Part shown: in pieces, positions 25,500-37,811 of the stretch | Layout of the letters: each line of letters begins with the position of its first letter | Numbering within the stretch: the first letter of the stretch is position 1 | DNA from: an uncultured Gemmatimonadales bacterium | GTDB taxonomy: Bacteria > Gemmatimonadota > Gemmatimonadetes > Longimicrobiales > RSA9 | Length of the DNA: 64,000 nt | Assembly (NCBI GenBank): GCA_963798085.1 | Contig: CAWCRS010000009.1 | Span: 224,001-288,000, forward strand | Direction of reading: 5' to 3' | Made by a program: the position numbers and the translations under genes | The notes under the pieces: model-generated | Told to the model about the DNA's origin: nothing | Databases searched by the model: none | Seen by the model: only the letters and a program-made list of their open reading frames with translations

Positions 25500-26916
25500 G
25501 TGCTGACGCTGGGTGGACCCGGGGTCTCGATCCGGCTGGGACACTGGCACGAGCCGGTCGTCTGCGATGGCGAAGACACCCGCCAGACAGCGCTCCGCTT
25601 CGGGGATCTCGTGGAGGCGACGACGCTGCTTCGCGCCTTCGTCGAAACGCCGCTCGCATGGCAGGGCCTGCGCCAGCTGCTGACTGAAGCCGCGCCCTCC
25701 GAGACTGGCGTCCACGACGTCGCATCGGACAGCGTGCAGCGCGCCGCCGAACTGCTGCTCGAGGGCCGCCTGCAGGCGTTGCGCTGTGAGCGTGAGTTCT
25801 GGGCCGAATCGGTAATTGGCCCGGAGCCACGCCCGGAACCCGAGCCGCCTCGCCCGGCGCCGCCTCCGCCCGGACCCCGGCGCGAGCCTGCGCCTGTGCT
25901 CTCCTTCTACGAGGTGGCACTGCTGGATGAGCTGGAAGCGGGCATTGCCGGCGTGACGCTCGAGCTGAACACGCCGGGCGGCCGGCGCCAGCTGAAGACG
26001 GACGGTTCGGGCAAGGTGCGCATCGACAACGAGCCGCCCGGGCAGGGCACGGCGCGCATTGCCAGCGCCACGCAGCTGGCGCAGGCGCTGCAGGACCGCC
26101 TGTCGCGGCCCGTCCGTAACAAGCCGTTACCAGAACCGGCCAATGACCTCGTGATCGTGACACCCGCGAAGGCAGCGGGCACCGTGTCGTTCCCTGATGC
26201 TCGACCGCAGCGCATCATGATCGTGGCGCGCACCAACGTCGTGTCCGCCACGACGAGTCAGGCGTGGGGCGACCTCGCGCCCGCCGACGACGGCGGACCC
26301 TGGGATTTCGCGCAGGACCTGTGCAGTCTGCTCAAGCTGTGCTCCACCGGCGAAGGCACCGGCACCGTGATCGGGCAGCGCCCCCTCGACCCGCTCGAGC
26401 CCCCCGAAGCATCGCCCTCGCCCGACCCGCTGCCCAATACACTCTGGCCTTCGCCGGATACCTGCATCGCACAACCGGACGACACGTTCGCGACCCTTGC
26501 ACAGCGTTACCTCGGTGATGCGGAGCGCGGCAGCGAGATCCAGCAGCGGAATCCGCTGCTGGCCGCGCTCGCGCTGTTCGCGCCCATTCCGCCGGGAACA
26601 CCCGTGCTGATGCCGTCCGGTTCAATGCCTTCGTTCATGCAGTCCTCGTCGCCAGGCGAATGGCCCGCGGCCGAGGCGGCGCCGCAATCGCCCTGGCTCA
26701 ATGTCGACGTCGAATGCGCTGCACGACGACCTTTTCAACAGCGCGTACGACGCGGTGATCAGCACCTTGAGCGGCGCGCTCGAGGAACCGCCGCCGCCGC
26801 CCCCGCCGGACTGGCCGCCGCCTGTTGGCGAATCGGTCGAGTTCGCCAACCAAATGCTGGTTCTGGCAATGCAGGGCTACGTGGACTCACCCATCGAGCC
26901 CGAGGAGCCGGCGTGA
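25500..26916 (+). CDS. Hypothetical multidomain protein: Pro-rich linker, transthyretin-like beta domain and LysM-like domain; frameshift near 26713; start uncertain
   Basis: FYEVALLDE..IAGVTLEL..LKTDGSGKVRID..PPG; AQPDDTFATLAQRYLGD..EIQQRNP..IPPGTPVLMP. Confidence 0.6.
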
Positions 26917-26965
26917 ACCCGTCGCCTCGATCGGGAACGGGGCTCAGCGTGATCCGGCCGCCTTC

Positions 26966-28411
26966 ATGACCATTCGCCTGCAGGTCCAGTGGCCCAACGC
27001 AGACCACCCGCTGCTGCAGGGCGTGTCCGTCGACATGACCATCGATGGCTCGCCCAACCTGCCCATCTCGGCGACACCGGGTAAGATCCTGTTTGATATC
27101 GACGAGGGCAGTTCGCACGTTCTGCTCAAGGTGAAGTTCGAGCCTACCCTGCCGATCCCCGATCTGGAAACGGTTCCGATCGAAGTGCTGAGCGCGGACC
27201 AGGCCTGGAACGTCGAAGGCAACACGCTGCGTCCGGACCCGACACCGTTCCACCTCGAAGACGGCGAGATCATCCTGCAGAATGTCCACCCGCTCATTGA
27301 CACGATCAGTGCCGGCAACGCGGCCTCGGGTGTGACCATTGCCGAAGTGCGTACGGAGTATGTGGACTCTACCGACATCTGGGGCCTGGTCGCGAATGGC
27401 TATTTCCTGAGCGAGTACACGGCGGACAAGGAGCCCGGCATCAACCTGGTGTCGATAGCGGCCACAGGAAAACGAGGGCCGCCGCTCTGGTTCGCGAACT
27501 TCCCGACAGGCCTGATGCCGCCCACGCCGGAAGTCGGCACGTTCATTTTCTTCCGGCCCACCATGCAGTACGACTACAGCACGGCATGGGACAAGCGGCA
27601 CGGCGGCGACTGGGGACAGTCGCTGCTGAACCGGTACATGCTGGCCGGCGGCGATCCCAATGTTCCGGTCATACGCTGGTACACGAGCTTGATGGATCGT
27701 CCCGGCGGCGCCATGTGGCTGATCCGCGATGCCTATGCACTGCGCTGTTCCATGCAGAGCGCCATGCTGAAGAGTGGCCGGCCCATCGTCGCGCTGCATC
27801 CCTGGCCCACGGGCGGTACGAATTTCGGCGACGCAATGAATGCCAACCTGCCCGAGGCGCTGCGCGGGATTCTGCGGATGCTGCGCGGCCTGGGTTACGT
27901 CGGCATCAATCACCCGGCCATCGTGCCCGGACGGGTCGGCATTGGCGGTTTCAGCGCGGGTGGCAGGCCCGTGTTCGCGTCGCTCCTGGCGAATCGCACA
28001 CTGGTCAAGGAGCTGTATCTCTGGGACCCGATGGGTCTCGCTGCGGTGGCGCCATTCATCATTCAGTGGGCACGACACACGCCGGATTTCCGACTGCACA
28101 TGACCGGGCTCAACGCCTACGCTTCGATGATGGGCATCTACAACGCCGTACGCGCGGGTGTGAGCGGTGAGGCCGGCGATCTTTTTCTGTCCGCGCAGCC
28201 CCAGGACCAGCGCTTCTGGAACCCCGTCGACAAAGGCGGCAGTCCCTACTGGAACTTCGTGATCCAGGAACATCCCGAGATGCAGCACGACTGGAGCGTC
28301 ATGCACCAGTTCATGATGTTCGGAGGCAGCGAGATCCAGGTGAACGAAGCCAACAAGATCGACAACAACGTGACCTGGTTCGAGAAGTTTCTGAACGCGT
28401 CGGGATTCTGA
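26966..28411 (+). CDS. Hypothetical protein with a C-terminal alpha/beta-hydrolase-like region
   Basis: Long ORF with GRVGIGGFSAGG (G-x-S-x-G), ELYLWDP and a late His (MHQF); no signal peptide. Confidence 0.6.
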   Translation: MTIRLQVQWPNADHPLLQGVSVDMTIDGSPNLPISATPGKILFDIDEGSSHVLLKVKFEPTLPIPDLETVPIEVLSADQAWNVEGNTLRPDPTPFHLEDGEIILQNVHPLIDTISAGNAASGVTIAEVRTEYVDSTDIWGLVANGYFLSEYTADKEPGINLVSIAATGKRGPPLWFANFPTGLMPPTPEVGTFIFFRPTMQYDYSTAWDKRHGGDWGQSLLNRYMLAGGDPNVPVIRWYTSLMDRPGGAMWLIRDAYALRCSMQSAMLKSGRPIVALHPWPTGGTNFGDAMNANLPEALRGILRMLRGLGYVGINHPAIVPGRVGIGGFSAGGRPVFASLLANRTLVKELYLWDPMGLAAVAPFIIQWARHTPDFRLHMTGLNAYASMMGIYNAVRAGVSGEAGDLFLSAQPQDQRFWNPVDKGGSPYWNFVIQEHPEMQHDWSVMHQFMMFGGSEIQVNEANKIDNNVTWFEKFLNASGF

Positions 28412-28427
28412 AGCAGAGCCGTCGCCT

Positions 28428-28469
28428 GAAATACGAAAGGGGGTACGCGCCTCTCGGCACGCACCCCCT
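28428..28469 (-). terminator. Intrinsic terminator after lon
   Basis: Minus strand AGGGGGTGCGTGCC-GAGA-GGCGCGTACCCCCT followed by TTCGTATTT. Confidence 0.7.
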
Positions 28470-28493
28470 GATGCTGCCATTCCCGCGCCGGAC

Positions 28494-31068
28494 TCAGTGC
28501 ATCGTGGTTTCCTGCGAGGGCAGCCGGGTCTCGGGGAACACGAGTGATCCCTTCTCCAGACTCGCGCCGCGCAGGGCCAGCGCCAGCACCTCGCCCAGAT
28601 CGCGCACCGTGTGGAACTTCATCTGCGCGTGCACCTCGCGCGGCAGATCATCGAGATACGCCTCGTTGTCCTTGGGCAGAATGATTTCGCGGATCCCGGC
28701 ACGGTAGGCGCCGAGCACTTTCTCCTTCAGCCCGCCGATGGGCAGCACGCGACCGGTGAGCGTGATTTCGCCGGTCATGGAAACGTCGCTGCGCACGGGT
28801 CGCGCCGACAACGCGGACACGATCGCCGTCGCCATTGTCACGCCCGCCGACGGACCATCCTTGGGAATGGCGCCGGCCGGCACGTGAATGTGCAGCTCGA
28901 CTGTCCTTCAGATTCTCCTCCGGAATGCCCAGCCGGTCGTAATGCGTCTTGGCGTACGTAAGCGCCGCACGCGCGGACTCCTTCATCACGTCGCCCAGCT
29001 GTCCGGTGAGAATCAGTCCATCGCGGCCCTTGGCCACGCTGGCTTCGACGAACATGATGTCACCGCCCACGGGCGTGTAGAACATGCCTGTTGCGACGCC
29101 CACCATGTCTTCGCCCGCCGCCCGCTCCGGATGGACCCTCGCGCGGCCCAGCAGGTCATCCATGTCAGCTGGTCGATCGTCACGTGCTCCGACTTCGCCG
29201 GCCGCAATGCGACGCGCCGCCTTGCGCGCGACCTTGCCCAGCTCGCGCTCGAGTTGGCGCACGCCGGCTTCGCGCGTGTACTCACTGATCACGGTCTCCA
29301 GGCGCCGTGTCCGTGACATCGATCTGCTCCTCACCCAGCCCGTTCTCATCGCGCTGGCGAGGAATCAGGTAACGGCGTGCGATCTCCTTCTTCTCCAGCT
29401 CGGTGTAGCCGGTGAACTCGACCGTCTCCATGCGGTCGAGCAGCGGCGCCGGGATCTGATCCCGGTAGTTCGCCGTGGCAATGAACAGCACCTCGGACAG
29501 ATCGAACGGCAGACCGAGGTAATGGTCGACGAACGAGTGGTTCTGCGCCGGATCGAGCACCTCGAGCAGTGCCGCCGAGGGATCGCCCTGCAGACTGACA
29601 CCGAGCTTGTCGACCTCGTCGAGCAGGAACACGGGATTCTTGGTGGCTGCCTGGCGCAGGCCCTGGATGATGCGGCCCGGCATGGCACCCACGTAGGTAC
29701 GCCGGTGTCCGCGGATGTCGGCTTCATCGCGCGCGCCGCCCAGGGCGATGCGCACGTACTTGCGCGAGAGCGCGCGCGCAATCGACTTGGCGATGGATGT
29801 CTTGCCCACACCCGGCGGTCCCACGAAGAGCAGGATCGGTCCGCGACCCACCGCCTTCGCCTTCGCGCGCACCTCGCTCTTGTGCGACCTCCTTCACGCC
29901 CTCGCCCTTGCCGAACTCGTCCAGCGGACCAATCTCCTCGGCGCCGCCGTTCTTCGAACTTCGGCGGCGCGACACCTGCGTCTCTTCCTCCACTTCGACC
30001 TTCAGCTTCTCCTCTTCCGCAGCCTCCCTCGCCGCCCGCTCCATCTGGCAGCTTGCGCACGGCCAGGAACTCGAGAATGCGATCCTTCACATCTTCGAGA
30101 CCGTAATGGTCCTCCTCGAGGATGCGCTCGGCTTCGGGCAGATCGATCTTGTCTTCCGTGCGCTCGTTCCAGGGCAGCTCGGCGACCAGCTCGAGATACG
30201 TACGCACCACCTGGTATTCCGCGGACTGCGGGTTCGTGCGCCGCAGTCTGCCCAACTCGCGCTCGATCTCGGTCCTGGCTTCGGGCGGAAGCTCGAGGGA
30301 GTGCAGGCGCTCCTCCAGCTCCTCGATCTCGGAGCCTTCGTCCTCTTCACCCAGCTCTTTCTGAATCGCCTTCATCTGTTCGCGCAGCACCATCTCGCGC
30401 TGCTTCTCGCCCAGCTCTTCCTGCACCTTCTGCTGGATCTCCTGCTGCGCCTCGAGGCGCACGAGATCGCGCTCCACGCCGACGAGCACGCGGCGCATGC
30501 GCTCGGGCACGGGAAACAGCTCGAGCAGCTGCTGCTTCTCGCCCGCGGGCATGTCCAGATAGAAGGCGACGAGGTCCGCGAACGCGCCCGGCTCCTCGAC
30601 ACCCTGTACGATCTGCGCCAGCGCCTCGCGGGGCATGCCGCGACGCCGGCCCAGCTCGACCGCGCGCTCACGCAGCTCGCGATCGAGTGCGATCACCGCA
30701 GGCTCGTACGGCTTCGACGGCTCCTGCGGATCGATGACCCAGATGTCGGCCTCGAGCATGGAATCACCCTTGCGCGTGTACGTAAGGGCCTTCGCACGCT
30801 TTTCGCCGTGAATCAGTACCTGGAGTCCGCCCGTCGAGCGCTGCACCTGCACCACGCGCACGATCACACCCATTTCGTACAGCACTTCGGGAACGGCCTC
30901 GTCTACGTTCTCCCGCTGGCAGGCCGCGAACAGCAGGCGGTCGCCATCGAGCACTTTTTCGATTGCTTCCAGCGTGCCCGGCCGGCCGGCACTGATAGGA
31001 AGCGCCACGCCGGGGAACACGACGGTCTCCCGCATGGGGAGCACGGGCATTTTCAGTCGCTCAGCCAT
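28494..31068 (-). CDS. lon: ATP-dependent Lon protease (several frameshifts, near 30047, 29870, 29300 and 28900)
   Basis: [70 protein letters not shown]. Confidence 0.95.
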
Positions 31069-31136
31069 TGTTCTTCTTCAGTTGAAAGTCCGGTCCCGCC
31101 GACACGGCAGTATCCGGATGAGTCTCGACAGCAGGG

Positions 31137-31152
31137 AGCAGGAATCTTGCCA
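31137..31152 (-). promoter_or_regulatory. Possible sigma-54 (-24/-12) promoter upstream of lon
   Basis: Minus strand TGGCAAGATTCCTGCT has GG-N10-GC spacing, about 70 nt upstream of the lon ATG. Confidence 0.4.
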
Positions 31153-31386
31153 TCCGCGGTGGCTTTTCTTTCACGCGTGTTATTGCTGGAGATGCACGCG
31201 GCGAGGCGCGAAGCCGGGTCGCCGCGGGTTCGAGCGTGAGGCTGGCTGCGCGTCGCGCACGGTGCCGAATGCCGGCCGATTTGGCAAGGATCGCCGCGCG
31301 ACTGTCTGCGCGGCAGGCGAGCAGCGGCTCGCGATTCGTGCGGCCGTGAATCGTGACGCAGGAGCGGTCCGTGCAACCGCGCCGCG

Positions 31387-32154
31387 TCAGCGGATCAGAT
31401 CGCCGATGCGACTCCAGCGGATGTGATTGAAGAGCGGAATCGGACCCAGTGCGTTACGGTCGTAGGAGAAGTAGAGCACGACGGCCTTGCCCTTCATCCA
31501 CGACGGATCGACGAAGCCCCAGTAGCGCGAGTCGAGGCTCTCATCGCGGTTGTCGCCCATGACGAAGTACTTCCCCAGCGGCACGACGAGCGGGCCCCAG
31601 TTGTCGCGCGTGGGCTGATACGTGCGCGGATCGATGGTGTCCGCGAGGTAGCTCGACTGCCAGCCCATCCAGTTGGGTGCGGGTGCGTCGCCCGTCGGAT
31701 CGGTGTGCCGCACATAGGGCTCGATTTGAGCCACGCCGTCGATCGATAACACACCGTCCTTCATCGACAGCGTGTCGCCCGGCATGCCGATGAGTCGCTT
31801 CACCAGATCGATCGGCTCGTGGTGCCCGCGGAACACGATGACATCACCGCGCTGCGGATGCGTGTAGCCGGGCAGATGCATGTGCGTGCCGGGAATGGTC
31901 GCGCCGTACGCCGACTTGCTGAGCACGAGGAAGTCACCCACCAGCAGGGTGTTTTCCATCGAACCCGATGTGATGGTGAAGGTCTGGATCAGGAAGGTGC
32001 GCAGCACGAGGAACAGCACGAAGCCCATCGCCAGCGACTTGGTCCACTCCCACGCCACGTGCCCAATGGTTTGCCGTGCCCCCGCCGCGGGCGCCGGCTG
32101 TCCGGCCGACATTCTGCGTGCCGTGCTGACCCGCCTGCCGCGATTCGTCGCCAT
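31387..32154 (-). CDS. lepB: Signal peptidase I (start uncertain)
   Basis: ITSGSMENTLLVGD, LVKRLIGMPGD, FVMGDNRDESLDSRYWG. Confidence 0.95.
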   Translation of the reverse strand: MATNRGRRVSTARRMSAGQPAPAAGARQTIGHVAWEWTKSLAMGFVLFLVLRTFLIQTFTITSGSMENTLLVGDFLVLSKSAYGATIPGTHMHLPGYTHPQRGDVIVFRGHHEPIDLVKRLIGMPGDTLSMKDGVLSIDGVAQIEPYVRHTDPTGDAPAPNWMGWQSSYLADTIDPRTYQPTRDNWGPLVVPLGKYFVMGDNRDESLDSRYWGFVDPSWMKGKAVVLYFSYDRNALGPIPLFNHIRWSRIGDLIR

Positions 32155-32352
32155 CCCGTGGCCTCGATCTGCTCTGGAACATGGTCGTACGGTCCGCGAC
32201 GAGCGGGCGCACGCGAAACGATACGCCATAATGCAGATGATGTTTCAAACGCGCGACGCGCAGCGCGATGCTCGGGGCGGGTTGCCTGCAATCGCGTGCG
32301 GGATGGCCAGGGCGGCGAATACGCGTGAATCGTTCCTGGCCTCGGGGGAAAA

Positions 32353-32664
32353 GGGTCAGAGGAGGGGGAGCGTTCAGGGGTCGAGCGCGGACAAGGGCAC
32401 CCGTTCAGGGGAGAGGGCGGGGAGCTGTGGCCAGTTCAAATGAACCGTCCTGCTCTCGAGGATTCCGATTTACCCGAACGCAGCCGTGAGCTGTCGCTGC
32501 TTCTCGCATTGTCCGACACGGCGTGAGCAGAGGCGCGCGGGTGACGACTGCCGGCGGCGACGGAATCCGAGCGGGCGGAAAGTGCGGCCAGCGCACCCAC
32601 CCCGACCCCTCAACGGGTGCCCGTGCCCGCGCTCGACCTCTGAACCCGACCGCTCCCCTGACCC
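32353..32664. repeat. Long imperfect inverted repeat (arms about 32353-32411 and 32606-32664)
   Basis: 40-bp core GTTCAGGGGTCGAGCGCGGACAAGGGCACCCGTTCAGGGG matches the reverse complement of 32606-32645 with 4 mismatches. Confidence 0.8.
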
Positions 32665-33239
32665 CGGCCCCTGCGCAGCCGCCACCCACCACCATCCAGA
32701 AGCCTGCCCGAAAAAAACGGGAGGCACCGCCGCGCCTGCGACGATGCCTCCATCCCCCTTCTCCCCCACCAACTGTGCCGCATCATGCGGCGTGCCCACC
32801 ATTTCCGAACCGAGGGGACACCGTCCTCGGGTGTCCGGCCTCATCACCGGCACGGCGCGCCGTTCTGGTCGGCGCCGCTCGCATGGAGCGTCTGTCCGTG
32901 TCGCCAGGCCCGCGTCGGCGAGGCATACTCCCGTTGGCTCGTGTCCGGACGCGGGTCATTACAAGACCGGTGCCGCTTCCTGCGTGACCTGCGGCCAGAC
33001 CCGGCGCGGGTCGCCTCCAGTATTTGTTAAGTAATTTGTATCAAACGATTTAACTGCATGCGACAACACGGATCCCGGGGCTGCTATGGCGATGCCGGAG
33101 CGGTTGCCAGAGCCTGCCGGCGGGCTTCGCGGCTGGCGTCGTGCAAATACCGTTGCAAAGCGCCATGAAATCCCGGTCCGGGTCCGGGTCAGCGCGGCAC
33201 GGTGCCGCGGCGGCGCAGGCAACCGGCCGGGCGGCGGCG

Positions 33240-33268
33240 TTGCGATTCGGGGAGAGGCCAGCCATTCT
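33240..33268 (+). promoter_or_regulatory. Possible sigma-70 promoter of hutU
   Basis: TTGCGA-17 nt-CATTCT, about 30 nt upstream of the ATG at 33301. Confidence 0.4.
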
Positions 33269-33300
33269 CCGCCAACACCTCCTGCCGAGGAAGAACCGTC

Positions 33301-34962
<1,662 letters not shown>

Positions 34963-34971
34963 CCGTGACCC

Positions 34972-35200
34972 GACTGCGTTGCTGGTTGCTCGTTGCCGGG
35001 GCTGGTTGCCCGGGAACGAATTGAACGGATCCGGAGGCGTTGCTGGGGCTGGGGCTCGGGCTGGGGCTGGGGATTGCATCGTGCGCTTCGAACACGTGGT
35101 TAGGTTACCGTCCGGGCCCCAGAAGCGCGGGTTGATCTGATGAATCCCTTCCCGGGCAACCAGCCCCAGCAACCAGCAACCAGCAACCAGCAACGCTGTC
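34972..35200. repeat. Intergenic inverted repeat built from CAGCAAC/CAGCCCC heptamers (arms 34972-35016 and 35149-35200)
   Basis: GTTGCCGGGGCTGGTTGCCCGGGAA pairs with TTCCCGGGCAACCAGCCCCAGCAAC; the same core occurs at 9919 and 20874. Confidence 0.8.
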
Positions 35201-35228
35201 CGACAACGCTGAAAAGGCGAGACCCCGA

Positions 35229-36641
35229 GTGCAGGCCCTGATCCCCGATCTCCTCTACGTCGACGGGCGGTTCCGGCGGGATTTCGCGGTGGAGTTTTCG
35301 CCGACGACGGGGCTCATCACGCGGGTGGTGGAATCGAAGGAGCTGTTCGCCAACGGCGTCGCGGACGGCGGGCCCATGCTGCGCCTGCGCGATCGCGCGC
35401 TGCTGCCGGGCTTCGTGAACGCGCATTCGCACGCGTTCCAGCGCGTGATCCGCGGGAAAGGCCAGTGGCGGCCGGTGGATCGCGAGAAGTCCGACTTCTG
35501 GACGTGGCGTGAAGCCATGTACGGAGCGGCGCTGTCACTGACACCGGAGGATGTATTCGAGGTTTCGCGCTTCTGCTTCATCGAGATGCTGTGCGCGGGC
35601 TACACGACGGTGGGCGAGTTCCACTACCTGCACCGCGCGGAGGATGGGCAGCCGTACGACTCGCCCGGCGAGCTGGCGCACCGCGTGATCGCCGCGGCGG
35701 AAGATGCGGGCATCCGCATCTGCCTGCTCAACACGGCGTACGCGTGCGGCGGCATTGGCCAGGCACTGCAGCCGGAGCAGCGGCGCTTCGCCACGCCCGA
35801 TCTGGAAGCCTATCTCACGGACACGGTGGAGCTGGCGGACCTTGCGGGCAAGCGGCCGCTGGTAACCGTGGGTGTTGCGCCGCACAGCCTGCGCGCAGTT
35901 CCGAAAGCGTGGCTGGGGCCGATGCATTCGCTGGCGTTCGGTCTGGGCGCGCCGCTGCACATGCACGTGAGCGAGCAGCCGGCGGAAGTCAGCGCGTGTC
36001 TCGAGGTGTACGGTCGCCGTCCCATCGAACTGCTGGCCGAAAGCGGCATGATCGACCAGCACTTCACCGCGATTCACGCGACGCACCTCACCTTCCGCGA
36101 AGTCGAACTGCTGGGCACACCCGGCCCCACGGTATGCGCGTGTCCCAGCACGGAGCGTGATCTGGGCGACGGCTTTCTTCCCGGCAGAGAGCTGATCGAA
36201 GCGGGCGCGCGCATTGCGCTCGGCACGGACAGTCAGACGCTGATCGATCCGCTGGGCGAGATGCGGCTGCTCGAGTATCACGAGCGCCTGCGCCGCCAGC
36301 GGCGCACGGTGCTGACGCAGCCGGTGGGCAGCGCGCGCATGGAAGTGGCGCCCACACTTCTGGAAATGGGAACAGCCGCGGGCGCGCGCGCGTTGCATCT
36401 TCCGGCGGGCCGGATCGCGCGTGATGCGTGCGCGGACTTCGTCGCCATTGATCTGGGACATCGCGCGCTGGAGGGCTGGACGGACGAAAACCTGGATGCG
36501 TTTCTCGCGTTGTGCGCACCGCCGGATGTCGTAAGCGACGTGTGGGTGGGCGGACTGCAGCGCGTGCAGGGTGGCCGGCATCGCCTGGACCGCGAGAGCG
36601 CTGCGGCGTTTCGCGGGGTAGCAGCACGTATTGCGGGTTGA
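35229..36641 (+). CDS. hutF: Formimidoylglutamate deiminase
   Basis: PGFVNAHSHAFQR, DFWTWREAMY, VGEFHYLH, APHSLRAV, HMHVSEQ, CPSTERDLGDG. Confidence 0.93.
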   Translation: MQALIPDLLYVDGRFRRDFAVEFSPTTGLITRVVESKELFANGVADGGPMLRLRDRALLPGFVNAHSHAFQRVIRGKGQWRPVDREKSDFWTWREAMYGAALSLTPEDVFEVSRFCFIEMLCAGYTTVGEFHYLHRAEDGQPYDSPGELAHRVIAAAEDAGIRICLLNTAYACGGIGQALQPEQRRFATPDLEAYLTDTVELADLAGKRPLVTVGVAPHSLRAVPKAWLGPMHSLAFGLGAPLHMHVSEQPAEVSACLEVYGRRPIELLAESGMIDQHFTAIHATHLTFREVELLGTPGPTVCACPSTERDLGDGFLPGRELIEAGARIALGTDSQTLIDPLGEMRLLEYHERLRRQRRTVLTQPVGSARMEVAPTLLEMGTAAGARALHLPAGRIARDACADFVAIDLGHRALEGWTDENLDAFLALCAPPDVVSDVWVGGLQRVQGGRHRLDRESAAAFRGVAARIAG

Positions 36642-36677
36642 AGTGTCGCTGGAATTTCTGTCACAGGTTGCCGCAAC

Positions 36678-37811
36678 ATGAGTGGATTCCGCCTCGGCTC
36701 CATTTTCGACTTCGAGATCCGCATCGACTTCTCGTGGTTCGTGATCTTCTTCCTCATCCTGTGGTCGTTCTCGACGGGCGTCTTTCCCGCACAGGTACCC
36801 GGTTACTCGCGCACGGTCTACCTGCTGATGGGGGGTGCGGGCGCGCTGCTCTTCTTCGCATCGCTGCTGGGCCATGAGCTGTCCCATTCGCTGATCGCGA
36901 AACGCAAGGGCATCGTCGTGGAAGGCATCACGCTGTTCATCTTCGGCGGCGTGGCGAGGACGCGATCGGAGGCGACGACGCCGGGCGACGAGTTCGCGAT
37001 TGCGGGTGTCGGCCCGCTGGCCAGCCTGATTATCGCCGCCGCGCTCTACGGCCTGTCCGTGCTGGGCGCGCGCGTCGGCATCAGCAGCGCCGTCAATGCG
37101 GTGCTCGAGTACCTGGCGCTGCTCAACCTGGTGCTCGCGATTTTCAACCTGCTGCCCGGTTTTCCGCTGGATGGCGGGCGCCTGTTCCGCGCCATCGTCT
37201 GGAAGCTGACGGGCAGCCTCGACCGGGCCACACGCGCGGCGACGGCGGGCGGACGACTGCTCGGATGGGCGCTCGTGCTCTGGGGCGCCGTGCAGGCGCT
37301 CTACCAGAACAACTGGGTAGGCGGCATCTGGCTCGTGTTCATCGGGTGGTACCTGCGCAATGCCGCGGTGGTGAGCTATCAGCAGCATCGCATCCAGGAT
37401 GTGCTTAGCGGGGTGAGCGCGGCGCAGACGATGTCGCCATCGCCGCAGACCGTGACGCCCGACATCACGCTGCAGCAGCTGATGGACGACGTGTTCATGC
37501 GCAGCCGCTTCGTTGCGTTTCCCGTGGTCGAGGACGGCAGGCCCATAGGTCTGGTGACGCTGCATCAGCTGCGCGAGGTACCACGCGACGAGTGGGCGTA
37601 CGTGCAGGTTCGCCATGTCATGCTGCCGCTCGAGCCGCAGCTCGTCGTGAGTCCGGAAGAGAGCATGATGACCGTGATGGATCGGCTGCGCGCGTCGCCG
37701 GCCAGCCGCGTGCTGGTCATGTCGGACGGTCAACTCGTCGGCATCATTACGGCACGCGATGTGGCGCACTGGCTGGAACGCGCACGCCAGATACAGGATG
37801 TGCGTTCGTGA
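36678..37811 (+). CDS. Site-2 (M50) membrane metalloprotease with CBS domains
   Basis: HELSH, FNLLPGFPLDGG, C-terminal CBS pair. Confidence 0.93.
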   Translation: MSGFRLGSIFDFEIRIDFSWFVIFFLILWSFSTGVFPAQVPGYSRTVYLLMGGAGALLFFASLLGHELSHSLIAKRKGIVVEGITLFIFGGVARTRSEATTPGDEFAIAGVGPLASLIIAAALYGLSVLGARVGISSAVNAVLEYLALLNLVLAIFNLLPGFPLDGGRLFRAIVWKLTGSLDRATRAATAGGRLLGWALVLWGAVQALYQNNWVGGIWLVFIGWYLRNAAVVSYQQHRIQDVLSGVSAAQTMSPSPQTVTPDITLQQLMDDVFMRSRFVAFPVVEDGRPIGLVTLHQLREVPRDEWAYVQVRHVMLPLEPQLVVSPEESMMTVMDRLRASPASRVLVMSDGQLVGIITARDVAHWLERARQIQDVRS

